This document shows positions 14,736 through 22,187 of a stretch of DNA of 64,000 nucleotides, piece by piece; the stretch's first letter is position 1, and the number at the start of each line of letters is the position of its first letter. The notes under the pieces were generated by a model. That model made no database searches. It was not told where the DNA came from and was given only the letters and a program-made list of their open reading frames with translations. This stretch comes from an uncultured Acidobacteriota bacterium (GTDB lineage: Bacteria > Acidobacteriota > Blastocatellia > Pyrinomonadales > Pyrinomonadaceae): the NCBI GenBank assembly GCA_963708055.1, contig OY970193.1:5135869-5199868 (forward strand). The letters are read 5' to 3'. Both the position numbers and the translations under genes were made by a program.

Positions 14736-15605
14736 ATGCCCGCCCCGAAAAGAAAGCAAAAGCCGGAAGTTTCGATCATTGGAAGCGGTCGCCTTGGAAC
14801 GGCGCTGGCCGTGGCCCTGGAACGTAAGCGATATCCAATCGGTTCAGTTGTCGCCCGCCACGCGCAAAACGCGCGCAAAGCCGGAAAACTATTGGACGCG
14901 CGAGTGCAGGTTTTAGCTGCAAAAGATATGCACCGATTGAAGCCCGCCGAGCTCTTTTTAATCACGACTCCTGACGACCAGATTGCCGAAACAGCCGCGA
15001 CTCTGGGCCAATTGAAATTTGCCGATGCGCCAACCGCCCTTCATACCAGCGGCGCACTCTCAGCCGATGTCCTCTCGCCACTCCGCGAGCAAGGATGGCA
15101 CACCGGCTCAATCCATCCATTGATCTCCATCAGCGATTCTGCTGCCACTCTTCGTGGCGCATTCTGGAGTGTCGAAGGTGATCAGGCCGCCCTGCGATTA
15201 GGGAAATCCATCATCAAGGATCTCGAGGGACAAAGTTTCTCTCTCAAATCTGAAAACAAAGCCCTTTACCATGCCGCTGCTGTCATGACGTCAGGCAATG
15301 TCGTCGCTTTATTTGACGTGGCGTTGGAGATGTTGCAGCACTGCGGTCTAACAAGAAAAACCGCTCGCAGCATTCTTCTGCCGCTACTTGCCAGCACAGT
15401 CCGGAGTTTGGAAACTAAGACTCCCGAGCAGGCGTTAACTGGAACGTTCTCGCGTGGCGATCTGGAAACAGTCAAACGCCATGTCGACACGCTCAAGCGA
15501 AATCAACTCGGAGAGGTCTTGGAGCTGTATCGTATACTCGGAAGAAGATCGCTAAAGCTCGCAAAAGAGCATCCACAGATTAAAGAGATTCTTGATTCAG
15601 TTTAA
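14736..15605 (+). CDS. Rossmann-fold NAD(P)-binding protein of the DUF2520 type
   Basis: VSIIGSGRLGTALAVAL dinucleotide-binding motif. The C-terminal half resembles DUF2520 (from memory). The 3' end carries a family C-like half-site. Confidence 0.65.
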   Translation: MPAPKRKQKPEVSIIGSGRLGTALAVALERKRYPIGSVVARHAQNARKAGKLLDARVQVLAAKDMHRLKPAELFLITTPDDQIAETAATLGQLKFADAPTALHTSGALSADVLSPLREQGWHTGSIHPLISISDSAATLRGAFWSVEGDQAALRLGKSIIKDLEGQSFSLKSENKALYHAAAVMTSGNVVALFDVALEMLQHCGLTRKTARSILLPLLASTVRSLETKTPEQALTGTFSRGDLETVKRHVDTLKRNQLGEVLELYRILGRRSLKLAKEHPQIKEILDSV

Positions 15606-15607
15606 TT

Positions 15608-17035
15608 ATGCAACCAACACCCAGCGCGAGTTACAGTTTGACACTGCGCGTCAGGCTCTCTTCACGTGCCGGATCGCTTGGTGAGTTGACGATGGCCATC
15701 GGTCGCGCCGGTGGCGACATCGGCGCCATTGACATTGTCACTGTCGGAAACGACTACATCATTCGCGACATCACGGTCAGTTCGATTTCCAGTAAACACG
15801 GCGAACAGATTGTTGATGCGGTTAAGAATATTGATGGCGTCGAGCTGCTCCAGGTTTCAGATCCGACCTTCCTGATGCACCTGGGCGGCAAGATCGAAGT
15901 AGTTTCCAAGGTGCCCTTGAAGACTCGTGCCGATCTTTCGATGGCCTACACTCCGGGCGTCGCCCGCATCTGCGAGGCCATCTACAACGATCCTGAAAAA
16001 GCATTCACGCTCACGATCAAGAAGAACACGGTTGCCGTAGTTACTGACGGAACGGCCGTGCTTGGCCTCGGCGATATTGGTCCAGCCGCGGCGCTGCCGG
16101 TCATGGAAGGCAAGGCGATGTTGTTCAAAGAGTTTGCCGGTGTCGATGCCTTTCCGATCTGTTTGAACACTAAAGACCCGGACGAGATCGTGCGGACTGT
16201 GAAGGCGATCTCCGTTGTGTTTGGGGGTATCAACCTCGAAGACATCTCGGCGCCTCGTTGTTTTCAAATCGAAGAACGACTCAGAGAAGAGCTCGACATT
16301 CCTGTTTTCCACGACGATCAGCATGGCACGGCCGTGGTTGTCCTCGCGGCGTTGATCAACGCGGTCAAGCTGGTTGGGAAAAAGTTGAGCGACGTCAAGG
16401 TGGTCGTGAACGGCGTCGGCGCCGCGGGTGTCGCGTGCACGAAGATCATCATGGCCGCGGGTGTGCAGAATATTGTCGGTTGCGATCAATCCGGCGCGTT
16501 GTATCGCGGCCGCATCGGAAACATGAACTGGATGAAAGATTGGTATGCGCAGAACACCAATCCTCACGAAGAGAAGGGGACTGTGCATGAGGTCATTAAA
16601 GGCGCGGACGTTTTTCTTGGTCTATCCGTGCCGGGTGTGATTGATGTGAACGACGTAAAGGCAATGGCGGAGAAACCGATTGTGTTTGCGATGGCGAATC
16701 CGGTGCCGGAGATCATGCCTGAGGATGCGGCGCCGTATGTTGCGGTAATGGCGACGGGCAGATCTGATTATCCAAACCAAATCAACAACGTTTTGAGTTT
16801 TCCGGGAATCTTTCGCGGCGCGCTCGGGTGCCGCGCGGCGCGTATAAATGAGGAGATGAAGTTGGCGGCGTCGCACGCGATCGCCGGGATTATCACCGAC
16901 GCCGAGTTGCATCCGGAATACATTGTTCCTTCAGTGTTCGATAAAAGAGTGGCGGAGGCAGTCGCGCGCGAGGTTGAAGCGGCGGCTCAGAAGACAGGAG
17001 TGGCGCGACGGAGAAACGAGGTCGACGCATCATGA
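15608..17035 (+). CDS. NAD(P)-dependent malic enzyme with N-terminal ACT-like domain
   Basis: Short-type malic enzyme motifs (LSMAYTPGVA, VVTDGTAVLGLGDIG, FHDDQHGTA, NGVGAAG). The start lies 2 nt after the upstream stop. Confidence 0.88.
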   Translation: MQPTPSASYSLTLRVRLSSRAGSLGELTMAIGRAGGDIGAIDIVTVGNDYIIRDITVSSISSKHGEQIVDAVKNIDGVELLQVSDPTFLMHLGGKIEVVSKVPLKTRADLSMAYTPGVARICEAIYNDPEKAFTLTIKKNTVAVVTDGTAVLGLGDIGPAAALPVMEGKAMLFKEFAGVDAFPICLNTKDPDEIVRTVKAISVVFGGINLEDISAPRCFQIEERLREELDIPVFHDDQHGTAVVVLAALINAVKLVGKKLSDVKVVVNGVGAAGVACTKIIMAAGVQNIVGCDQSGALYRGRIGNMNWMKDWYAQNTNPHEEKGTVHEVIKGADVFLGLSVPGVIDVNDVKAMAEKPIVFAMANPVPEIMPEDAAPYVAVMATGRSDYPNQINNVLSFPGIFRGALGCRAARINEEMKLAASHAIAGIITDAELHPEYIVPSVFDKRVAEAVAREVEAAAQKTGVARRRNEVDAS

Positions 17036-17466
17036 ACGAGATTGTCGTCTCGTCAAAGGTGATCAGGCATCATCCGCAGTTTTCCAGGCTCGTTACGATT
17101 CCGTTGGAGAAGGTTGAGCCATGGAAGCTGAGTAGCACTACGACGGTTGAAGGAACAATCAACGATACCGAACTCGGACGGCGTAGTTTGAAGCGTTGGG
17201 ATGATCGAAACTGCTGGTGGATCGATCTGCCGGACCCGCTTTGTAAGAAAGCGAAGCTCGAGGTTGGGGATACTGTGAAGCTGAAGATCCGTCTGGCGTC
17301 TGAAGATTTACCGGGGGAGTTGCAGCAGTTGTTGAAAGCGAACGCGGAGGCCAAGTCGCGTTGGGAGAAGCTGACGCCCGCGCAGCAGAGGATGTTACGA
17401 GAAGAGATCTTCGCGGCGAAGACACCGGCAACGCGTATGAAACGCGCGGCGAAGGTGTTGACCTAA
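17032..17466 (+). CDS. DUF1905/YdeI-like small protein
   Basis: ATGA start/stop overlap with the malic enzyme gene. The C-terminal ...W..L.P..QR....I..AK.P.TR..R pattern is typical of the YdeI family. Confidence 0.6.
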   Translation: MNEIVVSSKVIRHHPQFSRLVTIPLEKVEPWKLSSTTTVEGTINDTELGRRSLKRWDDRNCWWIDLPDPLCKKAKLEVGDTVKLKIRLASEDLPGELQQLLKANAEAKSRWEKLTPAQQRMLREEIFAAKTPATRMKRAAKVLT

Positions 17467-17476
17467 ACAAATGCTT

Positions 17477-17622
17477 GTAGGGGCGGCCCTCCGTGGCCGC
17501 CCTAGCGTACGAACTTCTTTGTGTTCCGATAAGAGAGCCACGAAAGGCCGTCCCCATCGTATCGCTCTAGGTGAGACGATTTTGAGTTCAAGACTAGGGC
17601 GGCCACGGAGGGCCGCCCCTAC
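17477..17622. mobile_element. REPIN-like element, family A copy 2
   Basis: tGTAGgggcggccctccgtggccgccctag (17477-17505) and ctagggcggccacggagggccgcccctac (17594-17622). The spacer is about 75% identical by eye to copy 1. The right end overlaps the stop of the 17619-18596 gene. Confidence 0.85.
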
Positions 17623-18596
17623 GATCGAATTTCTTTGGCAATCAATGGCACGATTTGCCGCGGGGTGTCGATCGCCGCTTTGATGTGTCGCGCATGTGTG
17701 AAGTGCCCTGCGACGTAGACGCCGCGCACGTTTGTCTCGAACGTCTCAGGATCGTAAACCGGCACCTCCGCGAGTTTCCCCGCCTCAGTCTGCACGCCAA
17801 GATTTTTCAACAACGTCAGATCGGCATCACTTCCAACCAGCACAAACACCACATCGTTCGCCAACGTCACCGACTCGCCAGCCTCGGTCGTTAACCTCAC
17901 CTCTTGCTCACGAATCTCCTCCACGTGTTTGTAAAGCACGACCTTGAGACGTCCGGCATCGACCTCAGCCTCGAGCGGCGCCCGCACCCAGTGTTTCATC
18001 GCCCCAGCTTTCGGATCGCGGTTTTCCCAATCTTCTCTCCAAATCGCGAGCGTGGTCCGCGATCCCTCTTCTGATAGAAACAACGCCGCCTCTGCCGCAC
18101 TGTTCCCGCCACCGACTACGAGCGCCTCTTTTCGCACATACGCGTACGGCTCAACGAAAAGATGATGCACCTTTGGTAAATCTTCACCCGGCACATTCAA
18201 ACGCCGCGGAAACTCCATCGCTCCAATCGCAAACAACACACGTCGCGCCTGATACTCAGCGACGTCAGTTTTGATAACGAATCCTTCGTCGATGTTTCCA
18301 TCAACAGCGACGACAGTTTCACCGGTGTTGACTCGCAGATCGAGATCGAGGACGAAGTGGATGTAATGCGACAGCATCTCCTCGCGCGTCGGCTTCTCGC
18401 GCACCGGTTTCAAAGTGCCTTCATGCATCGCCACTTCATTGGGCGTGGAGAACATCGTCCGGCCAACCGGATACTGGCGGATCGTATTGGCGATCGTGCC
18501 TTTCTCTATGACGAGGTAATCGAGACCAGCTTGCGCCGCCGCCTCCGCGGCCGATAGTCCCGCTGGACCAGCTCCGATGATCATCAGATCAAGCAT
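17619..18596 (-). CDS. FAD/NAD(P)-dependent disulfide oxidoreductase, YpdA (bacillithiol disulfide reductase)-like
   Basis: IIGAGPAGLSAA...LVIEKG...N.I..YP....FS, VPGEDLPKVHH.F and VVGGGNSAAEAA motifs resemble B. subtilis YpdA. Confidence 0.7.
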   Translation of the reverse strand: MLDLMIIGAGPAGLSAAEAAAQAGLDYLVIEKGTIANTIRQYPVGRTMFSTPNEVAMHEGTLKPVREKPTREEMLSHYIHFVLDLDLRVNTGETVVAVDGNIDEGFVIKTDVAEYQARRVLFAIGAMEFPRRLNVPGEDLPKVHHLFVEPYAYVRKEALVVGGGNSAAEAALFLSEEGSRTTLAIWREDWENRDPKAGAMKHWVRAPLEAEVDAGRLKVVLYKHVEEIREQEVRLTTEAGESVTLANDVVFVLVGSDADLTLLKNLGVQTEAGKLAEVPVYDPETFETNVRGVYVAGHFTHARHIKAAIDTPRQIVPLIAKEIRS

Positions 18597-19544
18597 CTAA
18601 ACAAACCTTAAAAAATAACTTCCACGCGCCACCAGCACGGCTGGACCACCAACTCGCACTTCTTCCACACGCCCTGCCTCGCCTTTCACTTCGAGGTTAA
18701 TGCGGCTCGGGCGATTGATGAAGTCGCCTTGTTCGATCACAAATTTATACTTCCCGTCTTCCGGTTCCAAAGTCAACCCGCCATGATGAACGAGGTACGC
18801 ACCGAGCGCACCGCAGGCACTCCCAGTCGCAGGGTCTTCAGGAATGTTGTCAGCCGGAGCAAAGAAACGAGCATGCGCGCGCGACGCGCCCACATCGATC
18901 GTTTCGCGAGTGAACGCGTGACATCCGGTGCCGCCATGACGCGTGTAAATCTCGGAAAGCAATGACGTATTGATACGCGTGTCGCGCAAATCGGCAAGTG
19001 AACGCACCGGAACCGCCAAACACGACAGCCCGGTGGTGATTACCTGGATCGGTAAACTCTCGTCGAGATCCTCGCGATTGAGACCAAGAGCGCGAGCCAC
19101 TTCCGCTTGCTCCTGTGCGTCGTCGATCTCGTCGATGATCTCAAACTTGCCCTGAGTCATCACAACCTGCACGGGCTTGCCGTCGTTAAATTCAATGTCG
19201 AGCGGCAAAACTCCGATTCCGACTTCGTGAAAGATTCGTTGCCAGCCATTGCCTCCATCCGGAGGTGGGACCACGCCTTCCTGGGCCAGTGCGGCCCACG
19301 TGCCAACAATCGGATGTCCGGCAAACGGGATTTCGCGCATCGGTGTGTAGATACGCAGCCGCCGCAACGCGTTGTCGGAAGCTTCTTTCAGCACGAAAAC
19401 CGTTTCGGAGAGATTCATCTCACGCGCGATCTTTAGTTGCTGATCGTCGGTGAGCCCTTCGGCTTCGGGAAAAACCGCGAGCGGATTGCCGCAAAACGCG
19501 CGGTCAGTAAATACATCTAATTGGAGAAATCTATAATTCGGCAT
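18597..19544 (-). CDS. PhzF-family isomerase-like protein
   Basis: F.QLDVFTD..F.GNPLAVF...L.....Q.IA.E.NLSETVF pattern. Start taken at ATG 19544 (MPNYRF...). The stop abuts the downstream gene start. Confidence 0.85.
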   Translation of the reverse strand: MPNYRFLQLDVFTDRAFCGNPLAVFPEAEGLTDDQQLKIAREMNLSETVFVLKEASDNALRRLRIYTPMREIPFAGHPIVGTWAALAQEGVVPPPDGGNGWQRIFHEVGIGVLPLDIEFNDGKPVQVVMTQGKFEIIDEIDDAQEQAEVARALGLNREDLDESLPIQVITTGLSCLAVPVRSLADLRDTRINTSLLSEIYTRHGGTGCHAFTRETIDVGASRAHARFFAPADNIPEDPATGSACGALGAYLVHHGGLTLEPEDGKYKFVIEQGDFINRPSRINLEVKGEAGRVEEVRVGGPAVLVARGSYFLRFV

Positions 19545-19557
19545 AGAAAGTCCTTTG

Positions 19558-19617
19558 CACAAGATTTACAAGATTAAGACAGGATTTACGGGATCGATCT
19601 TAATTTTGTTCATCCTG
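19558..19617. repeat. family D repeat (ACARGATT-type 9-nt words), degenerate copy
   Basis: cacaagatttacaagattaagacaggatttac, followed by the partially complementary gatcttaattttgttcatcctg. It lies in the divergent promoter region. Confidence 0.65.
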
Positions 19618-19672
19618 GCATTGAGAACCTCCGTTTTAGGATGAAACCGTGGTAGTGCCCGAATTCAACTTC

Positions 19673-19772
19673 TTCTCTGTGCAGCCTTTGTGTTCTCTGT
19701 GGCTCTGTGGTTATAGGAATGTACGATACAACAACCACAGAGACACAGAGAACACAACGGTTGCACAGAGAA
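19673..19772. repeat. family F long hairpin (40-nt arms, CACAGAGA words)
   Basis: ttctctgtgcagcctttgtgttctctgtggctctgtggtt (19673-19712) pairs with aaccacagagacacagagaacacaacggttgcacagagaa (19733-19772). Three mismatches and a 20-nt loop. Confidence 0.92.
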
Positions 19773-19958
19773 ATCCAAATTAGGGCACTGCCCAAGATTT
19801 CAGTTGGAACGTCTCACGCGCTTTTAAACATAGTCATTGAAGAAAGTTTGCAGATCTAATATGGTAAGCGCCGTCAGACGCAGTTGACCTTCATTATCAC
19901 CTCGCTCGTTTAGCATTACCTTGTCTCGAGTTTTTCGACTTTCCCCCTAGGAGTGCTT

Positions 19959-21581
19959 ATGGATCTGGGTATCCTCAACACGATAATCGCCTTGGTAGTT
20001 GTGCTGTTGGTTCTGAGTCTTTTGGTCCAGGCGATTCAAACGCTGCTCAAGAAACTACTGAAACTCAAATCGCGCCAGATCGAAGATTCATTGAAGGATC
20101 TTTATGAACAGGTGGTCAGCACGCCGTTGCCCGCAAATGCCTCCGGAGCGAACCTGCCCGTATTGTCCAGGACGTCTTTACTGGCGAAAGTGTGGGCATG
20201 GATACGCAGAAAACCGTTGCTGACGACACAGGCCGACGACTTCAAAGATAAAGTTCTTGAACAGTTTAAAAGCATCGGCCGAAAGACGCTCTTTGGCAAT
20301 GCCGTACTCGACTCACTCTCCAAAGGCGATCTTTTCAAAGTCATGGGCAAACTCGAGTCGGAAGATTTTTTACCCGACTATGTGGTGAAATTTCAGTTGC
20401 TCTGTAACCGCGTCAACGATCTCCGCAAAGCGATTGACGCCATCACCGACGATCCGGCACTGCGCGGCGCTGCCGGTACCAAGTTTGCCGAGATTCGATC
20501 CATCCTCGCGCCGATTTTCAACAACGTGGCGGCGATTCTCGATGGCGAGCAGGTCAAGTCCAAAGTGCTGTTTGCCGATCTGATCCAACTGAGCAGACTC
20601 GACGTCCATGCGCTGCTCGAATTGCTTGATAAAGCACAGGAGGCAAACCGGAAAGAGACGGAGTTGGCGGTTGCTGCCGGTAATACCGGTGAAGTGGCGG
20701 CCTTGCAGAAGTTATCGGATGCCATGGCACAGGTGGCGAAACTTATTGGCGACCTGAGCCAGAAATTTGTGGATGCAGTTTCACCGCTCCGTAACAAGAT
20801 CGATCAGGTTGAACTCTGGTTCGACACCGTCACGCAGAGTTTTGACGAGCGTTATGCGCGTCACATGCGCACCGTTTCAATCATCATTAGCATCCTGGTC
20901 GTGGTTTTCCTGAATGCAAACTTCTTCCAGGTCTACAAGAGTCTTTCGCAGAATGAGATTCAGCGAAACATGATTGCCGATGCGGGCGTGGGTGTGTTGG
21001 CCGAACTAAAGAAGGCGAACGATGCCTCGGCTCAACCGGCCGCGTCGCCATCGCCAAGACCAGCGGCGAATCCTGCTGCAGCCAGGGCCGCTGCTGCAAC
21101 GGCTACCCCAGCCGCAAGTCCATCTCCGGATGCATCTCCGACACCGAACACGGTGGCCGAACTAAGAAAGAACCTTCAGGAGATCGATTCGCTGGTCGGC
21201 ACTTATGAAGGCTTCGGCTTCAAGCCACTCAGCCTCGAACAATTTAAGGCGTTTCTCTGGAGCACCGGCATCTGGACCAAACCGTTTGCTGACGACAACA
21301 ACAACCACAGTTGGGCCGGAATGAACTTCAGCAAAGAAGTAAAAGACGGTAAGGAGATTGTTCACTGGCAGGCACAAAACGGGGAAGAGTGGTGGCAGGA
21401 CCGAAAACAAAATGTGGTGACTCTGGTTGGTTGGGCCATAATGGTGATGCTTTTGAGTGTGGGCGCGCCGTTCTGGCAGGATGTGTTGGAGTCGTTATTC
21501 GGTATCAAGAACCTGCTGCGACAGAAGAGCGGAACTCAGAACATCGAGTCGAAGAGTGGCGCCGGCCAACCGAAAGAGTGA
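19959..21581 (+). CDS. hypothetical membrane protein (about 3 TM segments, long helical region, Ala/Pro-rich linker)
   Basis: AGGAG lies 5 nt upstream of ATG 19959. TM segments are ILNTIIALVVVLLVLSLLV, VSIIISILVVVFL and LVGWAIMVMLLSVGAPFW. No enzymatic motif. Confidence 0.7.
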   Translation: MDLGILNTIIALVVVLLVLSLLVQAIQTLLKKLLKLKSRQIEDSLKDLYEQVVSTPLPANASGANLPVLSRTSLLAKVWAWIRRKPLLTTQADDFKDKVLEQFKSIGRKTLFGNAVLDSLSKGDLFKVMGKLESEDFLPDYVVKFQLLCNRVNDLRKAIDAITDDPALRGAAGTKFAEIRSILAPIFNNVAAILDGEQVKSKVLFADLIQLSRLDVHALLELLDKAQEANRKETELAVAAGNTGEVAALQKLSDAMAQVAKLIGDLSQKFVDAVSPLRNKIDQVELWFDTVTQSFDERYARHMRTVSIIISILVVVFLNANFFQVYKSLSQNEIQRNMIADAGVGVLAELKKANDASAQPAASPSPRPAANPAAARAAAATATPAASPSPDASPTPNTVAELRKNLQEIDSLVGTYEGFGFKPLSLEQFKAFLWSTGIWTKPFADDNNNHSWAGMNFSKEVKDGKEIVHWQAQNGEEWWQDRKQNVVTLVGWAIMVMLLSVGAPFWQDVLESLFGIKNLLRQKSGTQNIESKSGAGQPKE

Positions 21582-21635
21582 GACAAGTTCAGACAATAAG
21601 TGTTAAGTCATATTTTCGTGGGAGAAGGAGTAAGT

Positions 21636-22022
21636 ATGGCGACAACTTCAAAGCCAGCCAAGGCAACTATCATCAAATTGAAAATTCAGTTTGAACTGAA
21701 CACACCGAACGGGCTGCGAAAAGTTATCTTCGGGCTCGAAAAGGATGCGACTGCGGCTAACGTCGTTACCTGGAAAATCAATTTTCAGCTTTTTGAACGC
21801 GCCAAGAAGAGCGATCCGTTTGGCGACCCGATCGTTAGTTTGCAGGTTGAAGTCGATAAGGCCCTGAACGCGAGGGCCGAAAGAGCTTCGCAGGGACTAT
21901 CGGCGGGGCAAAGTGCTCACGCCCTCGGGCCGGCAGCCGACGACGCGCGCGCTGCCCAGGACGGCGAAATCGATCAGGGTGAGGCTGACCAGACAATTCA
22001 GAACACGCTGAAGAAGAAATAA
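21636..22022 (+). CDS. small hypothetical protein (128 aa)
   Basis: GGAGAAGGAG lies 6 nt upstream of ATG 21636. It is co-directional with and close to both neighbours. No recognisable motifs. Confidence 0.55.
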   Translation: MATTSKPAKATIIKLKIQFELNTPNGLRKVIFGLEKDATAANVVTWKINFQLFERAKKSDPFGDPIVSLQVEVDKALNARAERASQGLSAGQSAHALGPAADDARAAQDGEIDQGEADQTIQNTLKKK

Positions 22023-22035
22023 CTCTATCCGCGAC

Positions 22036-22145
22036 TGTAGGGGCGGCTCTCCGTGGCCGCCCTAGTGTGGAACTAAGCGTCTGAGAATTTGAGTTTAGAA
22101 TTTTTGAATTCAAGACCAGGGCGGCCACGGAGGGCCGCCCCTACA
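22036..22145. mobile_element. REPIN-like element, family A copy 3 (short spacer)
   Basis: tGTAGgggcggctctccgtggccgccctag (22036-) and ccagggcggccacggagggccgcccctaca (-22145). It sits between two co-directional genes. Confidence 0.85.
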
Positions 22146-22187
22146 ATGCTCCCCGTTCTCCCAAAAGCGCTACGGCGTAAAATACCC

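Noticed and set aside
15571-15590. Family C-like word atccacagattaaagagatt inside the 3' end of the DUF2520 gene, as a full repeat copy.
   Set aside because: There is no inverted partner downstream and only 17 of 20 positions match. It may be a decayed half-site or coincidence. It is noted under family C but not called as a feature.
15857-16588. Long antisense ORFs inside well-supported genes. Examples: 15857-16588 (malic enzyme), 13677-14336 (M48), 27829-28401 (mutL), 31168-31707 (accC), 40244-40876 (S41 peptidase), 47086-47787 and 47741-48358 (mutase), 44864-45391 (BNR), 51807-52355 (permease), 5980-6513 (S8), 63082-63681 and 62834-63085 (FHA-GAF-PP2C).
   Set aside because: Each lies fully within a CDS that has strong family motifs on the other strand. 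Their translations are Arg/Ser/His-rich nonsense typical of antisense frames in moderately GC-rich DNA.
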